Source: Candidatus Woesearchaeota archaeon (lineage in GTDB: Archaea; Nanobdellota; Nanobdellia; Woesearchaeales; SM23-78). Taken from it: a DNA stretch of 64,000 bases. Location of the stretch: NCBI GenBank assembly GCA_016932315.1, contig JAFGDD010000018.1, positions 115,969-179,968 of the forward strand, written 5' to 3'. The translations under genes and the position numbers were made by a program. This document shows, piece by piece, positions 18,386 through 27,333 of the stretch; position 1 is the stretch's first letter; each line of letters opens with the position of its first letter. Under the pieces are notes generated by a model. It made no database searches. It worked only from the letters and a program-made list of their open reading frames with translations, and was not told the DNA's origin.

Positions 18386-19949
18386 GTGGCTTCTCCGCGG
18401 GTTTTTCCTTCTTTGCTTCTGGCTCCTTGCCTTGCGGTGCATTCTTCTGCATGTTATTATGCGGTCTGTCTGACGCTTTTAATGCTTTTTGTAATTTCTG
18501 CATTCCATCCCAAAATATTTTGCCCTTTATCACTTTGTTCTTGATATTTTTAATGTTTTTTATCATTTCATCATTTTTCTCTACTTTTATGTGTAGCAGC
18601 GGTATTTCATCCTGTATCTCGTATATTCTTTTCTCAAAATCATCCTGCTGGGTCTTGTAAGTCTCCTTGTCTATTGTTTTTTCCTTGTAATAGTCCGACT
18701 GATTTTTTTTCATCATATCAATGGTTATCTTGTGCTCATTGTCCAGCTTTACAATCCTGCTTTTCAGCCTTTCATGTTTTATGAATAGAAGGACTATGAT
18801 TAGCACACTGCCGCCTATTATTATGACGAGGAGTATTGCCAGCCAGTTATTTTTTATTGCTTCCAGTATGTTGAACTTCATCTTTGCCTTGTTGACTATT
18901 GACTGGAACAAGTGCTCCTGCTCTGTCTTTTGTTTCAATTCTTTTGCTTTTTTGAGCAGCTCTTCTGATCTTTCATAGTTCTCGAAATTGAATTCGTTCT
19001 TGCTTAGGTTAAGGTAATATGTTGCCTGGCTGAAGTCGATTCCTGCAAGCTCTGGCGCGAGCAGTGATGCTTCTGTTGAGCTTATCCCTTGGGCTAGCGG
19101 GCGTATGAGCTGCATCATGGTCGTTGTTGTGTTGTAAACTGCCAGTAGTTCTTCTGTATCAAGCACCTCGAAGTACGATTCTATCTCAGCGAGGTTTTCG
19201 TTCAGCCTTTTTGTGGAGTAGCCTTCCTGCTCTAGCAGCGCGATTTCCTGCTTCAGGCTTTGTATAGCGTTGGTTGACGCATTGATGCTCTCAAGGTTTC
19301 TTGTGAGTGTGAAAATAGTTGCTATGTCATTTGTTCTCTTGGCTGATTTTATTTGCTCATAAGTATTGTTTATCTGCTGGTTATAGATTCCTTGGGCTAT
19401 TATGTTCTGCTTTAATATCTCAACAGTCTCAAGAATGATTGCAGTTTCATTCTCAAGGTTCTTGATGATGAGTTCGTGGCTTTTTTCCAGGTTTTCATGG
19501 GCGCTTTCGAAATTGCTGCTGGTGAACTGGCTCAACCCGATGTTGGAATAGTATAATGGCTCGCTGATGTTGATATCCCTATGATTGGCTTCTTCCAGCA
19601 CTATTTTCGTATCATCTATTAAATTGCTGGTTATGGTCGCAAGTTCCAGTAGGCTGACGGTTTCTGCGTACTGCTTGCTTACGCCTGCGTAATCCCCTGA
19701 CTCGTATTTTGATTTCATGTCTGCAATAGCATCAGCGAACCTGATTGTAGGTATGCTATGGTTTTCCACCGAAGCAATTGTCTTTTCAATTTTGAAGATA
19801 AGGTTCCATGCGTCTGGTCCGGTGACTGCTTTGGTTGTCTGGTTTTCTGCCGATGCAAATGCTGGCATTAATATAACTAGGATTAAAACAATAAGTGCCA
19901 GCAATATGTTTGGTGTTTTTGTCACCTGATTTTTTTTCTGCTTTATCAT
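18378..19949 (-). CDS. Bitopic membrane protein: signal/anchor, ~350-aa helical ectodomain, TM segment, cytoplasmic coiled-coil tail
   Basis: 523 aa. N-terminal hydrophobic segment ILLALIVLILVILMPAFASA. A second TM segment is WLAILLVIIIGGSVLIIVLLFI. The tail is K/E-rich. Confidence 0.6.
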   Translation of the reverse strand: MIKQKKNQVTKTPNILLALIVLILVILMPAFASAENQTTKAVTGPDAWNLIFKIEKTIASVENHSIPTIRFADAIADMKSKYESGDYAGVSKQYAETVSLLELATITSNLIDDTKIVLEEANHRDINISEPLYYSNIGLSQFTSSNFESAHENLEKSHELIIKNLENETAIILETVEILKQNIIAQGIYNQQINNTYEQIKSAKRTNDIATIFTLTRNLESINASTNAIQSLKQEIALLEQEGYSTKRLNENLAEIESYFEVLDTEELLAVYNTTTTMMQLIRPLAQGISSTEASLLAPELAGIDFSQATYYLNLSKNEFNFENYERSEELLKKAKELKQKTEQEHLFQSIVNKAKMKFNILEAIKNNWLAILLVIIIGGSVLIIVLLFIKHERLKSRIVKLDNEHKITIDMMKKNQSDYYKEKTIDKETYKTQQDDFEKRIYEIQDEIPLLHIKVEKNDEMIKNIKNIKNKVIKGKIFWDGMQKLQKALKASDRPHNNMQKNAPQGKEPEAKKEKPAEKPHE

Positions 19950-19968
19950 TTTAAAAATCTTAACTTAT

Positions 19969-22035
19969 TCACATGAATATTTTTTCCAGCGGGTAAACCC
20001 TTATTCCTTTGCCTTTGACGAATTCGAAAGGAACTATTTTCTTGAGGTGGTCTACTGCTCTCATCTTAAGTATCTCAAGCGCGCTCTGCTTCAGGTTTCC
20101 TTTCTGCAGGTTGTAAAACACTATTACTCCGTCTGCAAGGAATTCCTCGACTAGCCCATGGCCTATGTTTTCTATACCCTGCACTTCTGTTATTAGGAAT
20201 GATGTTGCTCCTGTTCTCTCAAGTATGTCTATAAGCTGGGTTACGTATATCCTGTAGGCTGTGCTTGAGTCTGAGAATGCTGCTGATATTGCAGAGAGCG
20301 AGTCGATGACTACCCTGTCTGGCTTGAAGTTTGGCGGCAGTATGTTGAGTATTGAGTTTATGTCTATCATCAATTCTCCTCTTGCGTGCGCTAGCAATGC
20401 CTCTATCATCCTTGATATCTTGAACGGGTCCTGCCTTTGTATCATTAAGGTTCCTTCTTGCAGGTATTTTCTCGGGTCGAGCCCGTATGCTTCCATGTGC
20501 TCTATCAGGTTTTCTTCTGATTCCTCAAATGTCATGAACAGGCATTTTTCGCCGTGCTCTGCAGCCCAGCCAAGCATTTGTATTGCAAAGGTTGTTTTTC
20601 CGCTTCCCGGCCCTCCTGATAAGAGTATTGTTGAGCCTGTTGGTATGCCGTCGCTTATCATATCGTCAAACCCGTACACTCCTGTCTTGATTTTTTTCCT
20701 TTCCTTCTTCTCTGTTTTTACTTCTTCCTCGACTGCTATGAATTCGCTGCTGTAATCTATGAGGTTGAGCTTTTCCAGGGTTTCTTTCACTGACATTATG
20801 GCTAAATCTACTTCTTGCTCTGATTTGCCTTTCTGCGGCTGCTCTGGCTTGAATTGTTCAGTTTTTATGGTTGAGGTTTCTACGCTCGCTGTTGTGCTTG
20901 CTGTGCTTGGTGGTGCTGAAGGTTCTATTTGTATTTTCGAAATCTCTGCTCCTTGCTTTTCTTTTTCAGCTTGCTTCTCCTTGGTTTCTGTTGCCTGCGT
21001 TGTCAGCTGAATGACTGTTTCTGCTGTTGCTACTGGTGATGTTGGCAGAGGCGGGACAATTTTTCTGCCTAGCCTCTCTTCATTCAGCTCATTAATCCTT
21101 GCTTTGATTAGCATTATAGTCTCTTCCTTGTTCTTTACATGAGTTAGAGCTTCTGCTAGATCTGCATCATTGACAATATGGTATATCCATGCTGCGAAAT
21201 CATTCTTGTGCTCATTCACGTGGTGCGAAAACACATCTTGGCTGATTCGTTGAAGTTCTTTTTCAAGCTCAGTCAGGCTTCTTATTATGTGCCCGTTCTG
21301 CAGCACAAATGAATGCTTTTTGTCAACAGCCCTCAGTAAATCTGGTTGGTAAGAGGGAACCTCAGCCAAGGGTTCTTCTTCTTGCTCTTCCTTGGCTTTT
21401 CCTTCGCGCCCCTTCCTGTGCTTTGATTCAGCTTGTTTTCTTGTTTTTTCTTCTTTTTCTTTTCTTATTTTCTTTTCTATGTCTTGTTTTATTTTCTCTT
21501 CTAATTCTCTCTTTATTCTTTCTTCTGTTTCTTTTCTTGCTTTTTCTTCCTGCTCTGCCCTTATTTTCTCTTCCATATCATGCTTTGCTTTTTCCTCTAG
21601 TTCGCGCCTTGCTTTTTCTTCATATTCGCGCCGTATTCTTTCTTCTGTTTCTTTTCTTGCTTTTTCTTCCTGCTCTGCCCTGATTTTATCTTCTAACTCT
21701 TTTCTTGCTTTTTCTTCAAATTCAGCTGTCAGACTTGGACGAGGCGCAGATGATGTGGGTATTGGCGATGGTTTTTGGGGTGGCGTCGGTGCAGGCTGAG
21801 GCGTTTCTGGTTCGGTTAGCTCTTTGACTTTTGAACTTATGAAGCCTATCAGTTTTTGCCTTTCAATCAATGGTTTTATCTCGTTTGCTAGATCACCATC
21901 CTTGATGTTCTTCAAAATCCAGTCCGAATAATCGTTCTTGCCTGCGTTCGCCCTTGTGCTGAATACCGCATCATCTATTGAGGAAAGCATCTTAATGAGC
22001 ATGTTCAGGTATTTGGCTTTAGTTAAATTGTCCAT
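19969..22035 (-). CDS. KaiC/RadA-like (RecA-superfamily) ATPase with two N-terminal KNDFA-x-W modules and a K/E/R-rich repeat region
   Basis: The C-terminal ~240 aa contain GFDDMISDGIPTGSTILLSGGPGSGKTTFAIQ (Walker A, ~20590-20618) and RVVIDSLSAI (Walker B-like). The track start at 22092 reads into repeat copy 2. The ATG at 22035 (MDNLTKAKYL) is the more likely start. Confidence 0.8.
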   Translation of the reverse strand: MDNLTKAKYLNMLIKMLSSIDDAVFSTRANAGKNDYSDWILKNIKDGDLANEIKPLIERQKLIGFISSKVKELTEPETPQPAPTPPQKPSPIPTSSAPRPSLTAEFEEKARKELEDKIRAEQEEKARKETEERIRREYEEKARRELEEKAKHDMEEKIRAEQEEKARKETEERIKRELEEKIKQDIEKKIRKEKEEKTRKQAESKHRKGREGKAKEEQEEEPLAEVPSYQPDLLRAVDKKHSFVLQNGHIIRSLTELEKELQRISQDVFSHHVNEHKNDFAAWIYHIVNDADLAEALTHVKNKEETIMLIKARINELNEERLGRKIVPPLPTSPVATAETVIQLTTQATETKEKQAEKEKQGAEISKIQIEPSAPPSTASTTASVETSTIKTEQFKPEQPQKGKSEQEVDLAIMSVKETLEKLNLIDYSSEFIAVEEEVKTEKKERKKIKTGVYGFDDMISDGIPTGSTILLSGGPGSGKTTFAIQMLGWAAEHGEKCLFMTFEESEENLIEHMEAYGLDPRKYLQEGTLMIQRQDPFKISRMIEALLAHARGELMIDINSILNILPPNFKPDRVVIDSLSAISAAFSDSSTAYRIYVTQLIDILERTGATSFLITEVQGIENIGHGLVEEFLADGVIVFYNLQKGNLKQSALEILKMRAVDHLKKIVPFEFVKGKGIRVYPLEKIFM

Positions 22036-22048
22036 TTTGTTTGTGAGT

Positions 22049-22162
22049 AAAAAAATTGCCTCAGCCCTCAGCAAGCGCAACGTCATGAGCAAATGCGAAT
22101 GACTTGCACTGCGGCTGACGCGACAGGGGTTGCTCCCTACGGGATGTCGCGGGCAATTTTTT
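22049..22162 (-). repeat. Structured palindromic repeat, copy 2
   Basis: On the minus strand: aaaaaa-TTGCC-CGCGAC-ATCCCGTAGGGAGCAACCCC-TGTCGCG-TCAGCC...GGCTGA-GGCAA-tttttt. It lies 14 nt upstream of the KaiC-like start. Confidence 0.8.
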
Positions 22163-22371
22163 CGTTAGTTCGTTTCGTTTTTTCTCCTTTGTTTTTTTCT
22201 TTGCGGATTGAAAGCAGGCGATATTTTATTCTGAGGTTTATCTCTATCATTAATCTCCTTGCGTGGATTCTATAAACCTCTTTTTTCTTCCCACTCTCTC
22301 ACCTCTTTCTCCTTTTTGGGATTTGTTTTTTTTTGTGTTTGAATCTTTCCTTGCTTGTTATTTCGTGATTA

Positions 22372-22932
22372 TCATATCATCCTGCTTATTTCCCTCCAGT
22401 ATGCTTCATGGTTTTTGAGCACGATTGTTTGTTTTAGTATTGATTTCCTGATTGCTGCTGCGAATTCTGCCTTGGTTTGTGATTGAACTTTGAAATCCTC
22501 AAGTGCCTGCTTTATTTGCTTGAATTTGTCTTGGTTGGCCTGATTATCCTCGCAAATGATTGTTATCTTGTTGTTTTCTGTGTCAATGTATGCGGTGTGT
22601 ATTCCTTGGCTGTCAGGGCTTGCTGAGAATTCTGTGAGAATTTCTTTCTTATTTTCGCTTAGCTTGTCAAGGAACCTTGTTTTTTGCTGTATAGAATCAA
22701 GTATTAACAGTCCTATGGCTTGCTCGCTCTTCATGTTTAATGAGCAGAGAATTGCGCTGCCGATATTTTTCTTAGCCAATACGCCTTCTTTTATCAGCTC
22801 GTGAGTGTATTTGTTGGTGAAGGCGTAGGATTTCTTTATGAGCTTGGCTATCTGGTTTATGGTTAGCTCTCTATTTAGTTCCTGCGAGAAAAGATTTATT
22901 ATGCTGACTTGCTCGGATATTATTGCCTTCAT
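22372..22932 (-). CDS. Winged-HTH-like putative regulator (paralogue of 13857-14450)
   Basis: 186 aa. It is homologous over its full length to the 197-aa ORF at 13857-14450 and sits at the head of the KaiC-like cluster. Confidence 0.6.
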   Translation of the reverse strand: MKAIISEQVSIINLFSQELNRELTINQIAKLIKKSYAFTNKYTHELIKEGVLAKKNIGSAILCSLNMKSEQAIGLLILDSIQQKTRFLDKLSENKKEILTEFSASPDSQGIHTAYIDTENNKITIICEDNQANQDKFKQIKQALEDFKVQSQTKAEFAAAIRKSILKQTIVLKNHEAYWREISRMI

Positions 22933-23122
22933 GGTATTATCGTATTTGTGATAATTCTACTTAAAAAAGGATAATATTATCTTAAATTATAGTTTTGTTA
23001 TCTTATTTACGATAACGTTCTTTTTATAGTTTTCGGTTTTTGAGATTCCAGCCGGCTTTTAGAGAAGTTTCATGCTGGGATGCTTTACACTCTAGAAAGA
23101 TATTAGGTTAATTTTTTACTTT

Positions 23123-23665
23123 CTACTCAACCCTTATCACCATGTCGAGAATCAGGCTTAGGTCTCTGATGAGCTGGGCTTCTTTCTCTCCTTCTGCAAG
23201 GCAGGTGAAGACTATTTTGGCTCCATAAGCATTGATCTTGTTAACAATCGAATGCACGAACTGGATTATTATGTTCATATCCTCGTAAACCATCAGTGTT
23301 GATAAGCTGTCAAAGAAGAAGCAATCAGGGTCAAAGTTCTGCATGGTCTTGGTGATTGCTATGCTGAGCTTGGTAAGGTCATTAGGTTCTGGTATGAAAA
23401 TCGAATTAGGGTCTTCAGGAGGATTAGGGATGGCAGTCTTGGTTATGCCGTCAATAAAGAAAAATTTGTTCATGTTAATTCCTTTCCCCTGCAACGACCT
23501 CTTCAACGGAGTGATGAGCTTGTTAAGGCTGATATAAGCAATCCTTGAGAACTTGTGGTCTAATGTGCTGGCGAGGTCAAGGGACACTTCCGGATATTTT
23601 TGTGTTGGTACAGCAATCAAAAAAGTCTTCTTGCTGCCCAAGGCATCATTTAGCGAAGCATTCAT
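23123..23665 (-). CDS. KaiC/RecA-fold protein lacking a P-loop (degenerate ATPase)
   Basis: 180 aa. The overall pattern KKTFLIAVP...FFFIDGIT...CFFFDSLSTLMVY...AKIVFTC resembles single-domain KaiC/FlaH-like proteins, but no GxxGxGK[ST] motif is present. Its start shares one base with the upstream stop (TAATG). Confidence 0.5.
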   Translation of the reverse strand: MNASLNDALGSKKTFLIAVPTQKYPEVSLDLASTLDHKFSRIAYISLNKLITPLKRSLQGKGINMNKFFFIDGITKTAIPNPPEDPNSIFIPEPNDLTKLSIAITKTMQNFDPDCFFFDSLSTLMVYEDMNIIIQFVHSIVNKINAYGAKIVFTCLAEGEKEAQLIRDLSLILDMVIRVE

Positions 23666-24291
23666 TAATTCATCCCCATTTTTTGCTTAAGCTTCTGAAG
23701 CAACGGATTCAATGATGAGAGCGTGAACAAAAGCACGAAATCGCCGTTAACCTTCTTGCTCTCAGTATTGAAGCCTACTGTTATCAGCAAGACTTTCTCC
23801 TTGTCTCCTATCTGTGAAATCATGAAATCCGCTATTGAGTCTCCGAGGACAGAAATGACGTTTGGCTGCTGGAAAATGATTCTTTGCTCAAAAAACTTGG
23901 CAAGGCTGGTAAGGTAAGCAGAGCAGAGAACTGCTCCGAGCTTCTTCATTATGATAAGGTCTTCTCCTGACAAGCTGTCTTTTTTCTCAGTGCTTCCTCC
24001 TTTTCTCACGTTTTCAATAAGGTTCAAGGCATCAGTTATAGGGAATAATAAAAGAATGTTGCCGTCCAGTCCTTCTTTTGCCTTGGTGTAAATGCCCACA
24101 AGAGACTGGTTTTGGCCTGAGATTTTCTTAGATACTTCCTCTGCATTAATGATGTTAGTCTCAGGCAAAGTTAGCAACACTTTCTGGTTCAGCAAAGCAG
24201 ACAAGGCAATCGAAGCATTACCAGTGCCAATGTTTGCGGTCTCCTTCAATGCGTCGATCTCAAAAGAAGACAATTCATTTATCTCTGCCAT
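23665..24291 (-). CDS. CheC/CheX-family (CheY-P phosphatase-like) domain protein
   Basis: 208 aa. The N-terminal sequence D-ALK-E-TA-N, followed by exactly 22 residues and then P (IDALKETANIGTGNASIALSALLNQKVLLTLP), matches the CheC-family consensus D/S-x3-E-x2-N-x22-P. The second half lacks the E/N pair. Confidence 0.65.
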   Translation of the reverse strand: MAEINELSSFEIDALKETANIGTGNASIALSALLNQKVLLTLPETNIINAEEVSKKISGQNQSLVGIYTKAKEGLDGNILLLFPITDALNLIENVRKGGSTEKKDSLSGEDLIIMKKLGAVLCSAYLTSLAKFFEQRIIFQQPNVISVLGDSIADFMISQIGDKEKVLLITVGFNTESKKVNGDFVLLFTLSSLNPLLQKLKQKMGMN

Positions 24292-24434
24292 TTTTTAACT
24301 CACACTCTAATAATATTGCTTTAATCACTGCTCCTTTTTATATCTTTTTATATTTTAATGAAAATAAATAAGAATGAACAGAATAATGTCGAATAAATAA
24401 CATTTAAATATGTCTGCAAAATACAAATGTCTCT

Positions 24435-26840
24435 ATGGGTGAGCAGTTTTACAGGTTCTTTGTGAAGGGAGTGGTGCAGGGCGTTGGCTTTAGGCCTTAT
24501 ATTTACAGGAAGGCTAAGGATTATGGCTTATTCGGCTCTGTTCGCAACATGGGCAACGGCGTGGAAATCATAACTAATGACAAGGAGTTCATGGATAAAC
24601 TATCTGACCTTCCTCCGCTTGCAAGGATTTCTGAATTTTCTGCAGAGAAATTAGGAGGCAAGCAAAAATATTCTGAATTTACCATTCTTGCAAGCACTTA
24701 TTCTGAGGGTGAGACAGAGCTTCCTGCTGACCTGTTCATGTGCAATGACTGCATTGCGGAGCTCAGGGACAAGAAGAACAGGAGGCATAATTATTATTTC
24801 ATCACCTGCACCAACTGCGGACCGCGGTTCTCTATGATTGATGATTATCCTTATGACAGGCCTTTTACTGCGATGAAGGAGTTCAGTATGTGTCCTGCCT
24901 GTAAAAAGGAATATGCAAATCCTGATGACAGGAGGTATCATGCCCAGACTATTGCCTGCAAGGACTGCGGCCCAAAATTGATGCTTAGGGAAAGAAGAAA
25001 TGGAACTAATGGGAATGATGGAAAGAATGGAAATAAAATTGCTGATATAGGATTTCTGCATGATATCGGTGGCAAGTCTGATGCAGAAACAATAAAAAAA
25101 GCCGTCGGGCTTATCAAAAAAGGAGAAATAGTGGCTATTAAGGGAGTCGGCGGCTTTCACATCTGTTCTGTCTGCTCACAAGAAGCAGTTGGCAAGGTTA
25201 GAGCTCTTCTTCACAGGCCTCACAAGCCTTTTGCAGTAATGGCAAGAGATATTGAAATGATTGAGAAATATGTTAATATCTCTGCTGAGGAAAAAAAGCT
25301 GCTCCTTTCGCCTGCAAGACCTATTGTTGTGTTGAGGAAAAAAGAAAAAAAAGCCAGTGAAAGATTTGGTTCAGTGTCTGAACTGAACTCTGTCGGCGTC
25401 ATGCTTCCTTACACTGCGCTGCACTACTTATTGTTTGACTTTATTAACGAGCCTTTGCTGATGACGTCTTATAATGTTCCTGGAGAACCTGTCTTGTTGA
25501 GCGAGCATGGTGAAGTAGATGCAAAATATTATTTGACGCATGAAAGAGAGATAATCAATCGCTGCGATGACTCTGTAATCAAGGTAATTAATGGCAAGGC
25601 TTTCTTCCTCAGGCGCTCGCGAGGATTTACTCCGTTATCAATCCTGATGTTAAGCCCCTTTAATAATTGCGAAAAGCCACCTTGGGCATCCCGAATGGAG
25701 CAACCCCTGCCCAAGCAACCGCTTTGCAAATCACTCGCTAATGCTCGTGATGTTGCAAATGTTGCAGGTTGCGGCGGCTTTTCTAATGTGCATGAAACTA
25801 TACTTGCTCTTGGCGCTGAGATGTCTAATGCGGTTTGCACAGCCAAGAACAATAAATGCTTTTTGTCGCAGTATATAGGAACTACTTCAAAGCTCAAGAC
25901 TTTTTACTTCATGAAACAAGCAACAGATAATCTTATCAGGCTGACGCGAGCTAAGCCTGCAATTATTGCCTGCGACTTGCACCCAGGATATAATTCTACA
26001 GCCTTTGCAAAGGAGCTTGCAGATAAGCATAATGCAAAGCTTGTTCAGTTCCAGCACCACAAGGCTCATGTAGCCAGCGTTGCAGCAGAGCACGGGCTTA
26101 AGAATTATGTAGGCATTGCAATGGACGGATTAGGCTATGGCGAGGACGGCAATATCTGGGGAGGGGAAGTATTTGACGTAAGAAACGGAAACGAATTTGT
26201 TCGCATAGGAAGCTTGGAAGAACAGCCCCAGCTCGGAGGGGACTCCGCAACTATCTACCCCAAGAAGATGCTTTTCGGCATCCTCTCAAAGTTCCTGCCT
26301 GAGAAAGAGCTAATTGCAATGAAATTATTTGATGATAAGGAAGCAAAGCTTTACCTAAAGCAGCTCAGGGAAGGATTCAATGTTCTGCTCACGACAAGCG
26401 CGGGCAGGGTTCTTGACGCGGCAGCTGCCCTTTTAGGATTGTGCGACCATAGGACTTATGACGGAAGGCCTGCAATGATCCTTGAGAGCTTTGCAGACGG
26501 CGCAGAGCCGTTTGATATTAAGCTAATCCTTGAAAAAAAGGATGGCAGGCTGATATTGATGACAACGCCAATGTTCAAATTCTTAATTGATAATCTTGGC
26601 AAAGACAAGACTAGACTGGCTGCCACGGCTCAGACTTATGTTGCAAATGGAATGCTTGAGATTGCCAAGTCCGTGATGAAAAAAAGGAAAAAGCCAATTG
26701 TTTTCTCTGGCGGTGTTGCCTATAACTCAATGATATCAGGCATCATGATTAAAGAGGGAGTTCTTGTTAACAAAAACATACCTTCTGGCGACGGAGGAAT
26801 ATGCTTTGGCCAGGCTTACCTTGCGAGACTTTCAGGATAG
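24435..26840 (+). CDS. hypF: Hydrogenase maturation carbamoyltransferase HypF, carrying an in-frame repeat insertion
   Basis: 801 aa. It has an acylphosphatase-like N-terminus (VKGVVQGVGFRPYIY), two CxxC-x18-CxxC zinc-finger pairs (CNDCIAEL..CTNCGPRF and CPACKKEY..CKDCGPKL), a YrdC-like segment (IVAIKGVGGFHI) and a Kae1-like C-terminus. Confidence 0.9.
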   Translation: MGEQFYRFFVKGVVQGVGFRPYIYRKAKDYGLFGSVRNMGNGVEIITNDKEFMDKLSDLPPLARISEFSAEKLGGKQKYSEFTILASTYSEGETELPADLFMCNDCIAELRDKKNRRHNYYFITCTNCGPRFSMIDDYPYDRPFTAMKEFSMCPACKKEYANPDDRRYHAQTIACKDCGPKLMLRERRNGTNGNDGKNGNKIADIGFLHDIGGKSDAETIKKAVGLIKKGEIVAIKGVGGFHICSVCSQEAVGKVRALLHRPHKPFAVMARDIEMIEKYVNISAEEKKLLLSPARPIVVLRKKEKKASERFGSVSELNSVGVMLPYTALHYLLFDFINEPLLMTSYNVPGEPVLLSEHGEVDAKYYLTHEREIINRCDDSVIKVINGKAFFLRRSRGFTPLSILMLSPFNNCEKPPWASRMEQPLPKQPLCKSLANARDVANVAGCGGFSNVHETILALGAEMSNAVCTAKNNKCFLSQYIGTTSKLKTFYFMKQATDNLIRLTRAKPAIIACDLHPGYNSTAFAKELADKHNAKLVQFQHHKAHVASVAAEHGLKNYVGIAMDGLGYGEDGNIWGGEVFDVRNGNEFVRIGSLEEQPQLGGDSATIYPKKMLFGILSKFLPEKELIAMKLFDDKEAKLYLKQLREGFNVLLTTSAGRVLDAAAALLGLCDHRTYDGRPAMILESFADGAEPFDIKLILEKKDGRLILMTTPMFKFLIDNLGKDKTRLAATAQTYVANGMLEIAKSVMKKRKKPIVFSGGVAYNSMISGIMIKEGVLVNKNIPSGDGGICFGQAYLARLSG
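25672..25792 (+). repeat. Structured palindromic repeat, copy 3 (inside the hypF coding sequence, in frame)
   Basis: gaaaag-CCACC-TTGGGCA-TCCCGAATGGAGCAACCCC-TGCCCAA-GCAACC...GGTTGC-GGCGGC-ttttc. It translates as ..CEKPPWASRMEQPLPKQPLCKSLANARDVANVAGCGGFS.. Confidence 0.8.
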
Positions 26841-26858
26841 ATGACGCCCGGCTTATTT

Positions 26859-27260
26859 TCAGCCGGTAAGCACTAATTTTCCGTGCAATACTCCCTGCGA
26901 TGATAAGATCTCGTCAGCAAGCCCGGTTATGTTTTTGACTTTTCCCTCGAGAACGAGCACTTCCATGCACTTGCTCTCATTCATGTGAACGTGCAGTGTG
27001 CTGCGGATTAATCCGGGATGATGATGCTGGATATGGGTTAAGTTGTGCTGCACATTGTGTTCGTGATGGTCATAAACCAGAGTCAATGTTCCCATCATCG
27101 CGCTTTCAGGATTTTCTCTTTTCTCATCAACCAATGATTTCCTTATAAGGTCGCGTATTGCATCAGACCTGTTCTTGTAGCCTTTCTTTGTGCTCGCAGC
27201 ATCAAATTCTTTTAACTGTTTTTTGTCAAAAGCAATACCCTTTCTTATAATGTTCTCCAT
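26859..27260 (-). CDS. nikR: Nickel-responsive regulator NikR (RHH plus a His-rich metal-binding domain)
   Basis: 133 aa. It has an N-terminal ribbon-helix-helix (IAFDKKQLKEFDAASTKKGYKNRSDAIRDLIR) and His-rich segments HHEHNVQHNLTHIQHHH. It lies among the hyp genes. Confidence 0.85.
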   Translation of the reverse strand: MENIIRKGIAFDKKQLKEFDAASTKKGYKNRSDAIRDLIRKSLVDEKRENPESAMMGTLTLVYDHHEHNVQHNLTHIQHHHPGLIRSTLHVHMNESKCMEVLVLEGKVKNITGLADEILSSQGVLHGKLVLTG

Positions 27261-27333
27261 GCGTCCACCTCTTTTTTCGATTTTCTTTCAACCTTTCTTT
27301 CAATATTGTGACACAAGCAGAGTATAAAAGTGT

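Noticed and set aside
25672-25792. The hypF insertion as an intein
   Set aside because: It is only ~40 aa, with no Cys/Ser/Thr N-junction and no His-Asn C-junction. At the DNA level it is a copy of the dispersed palindromic repeat.
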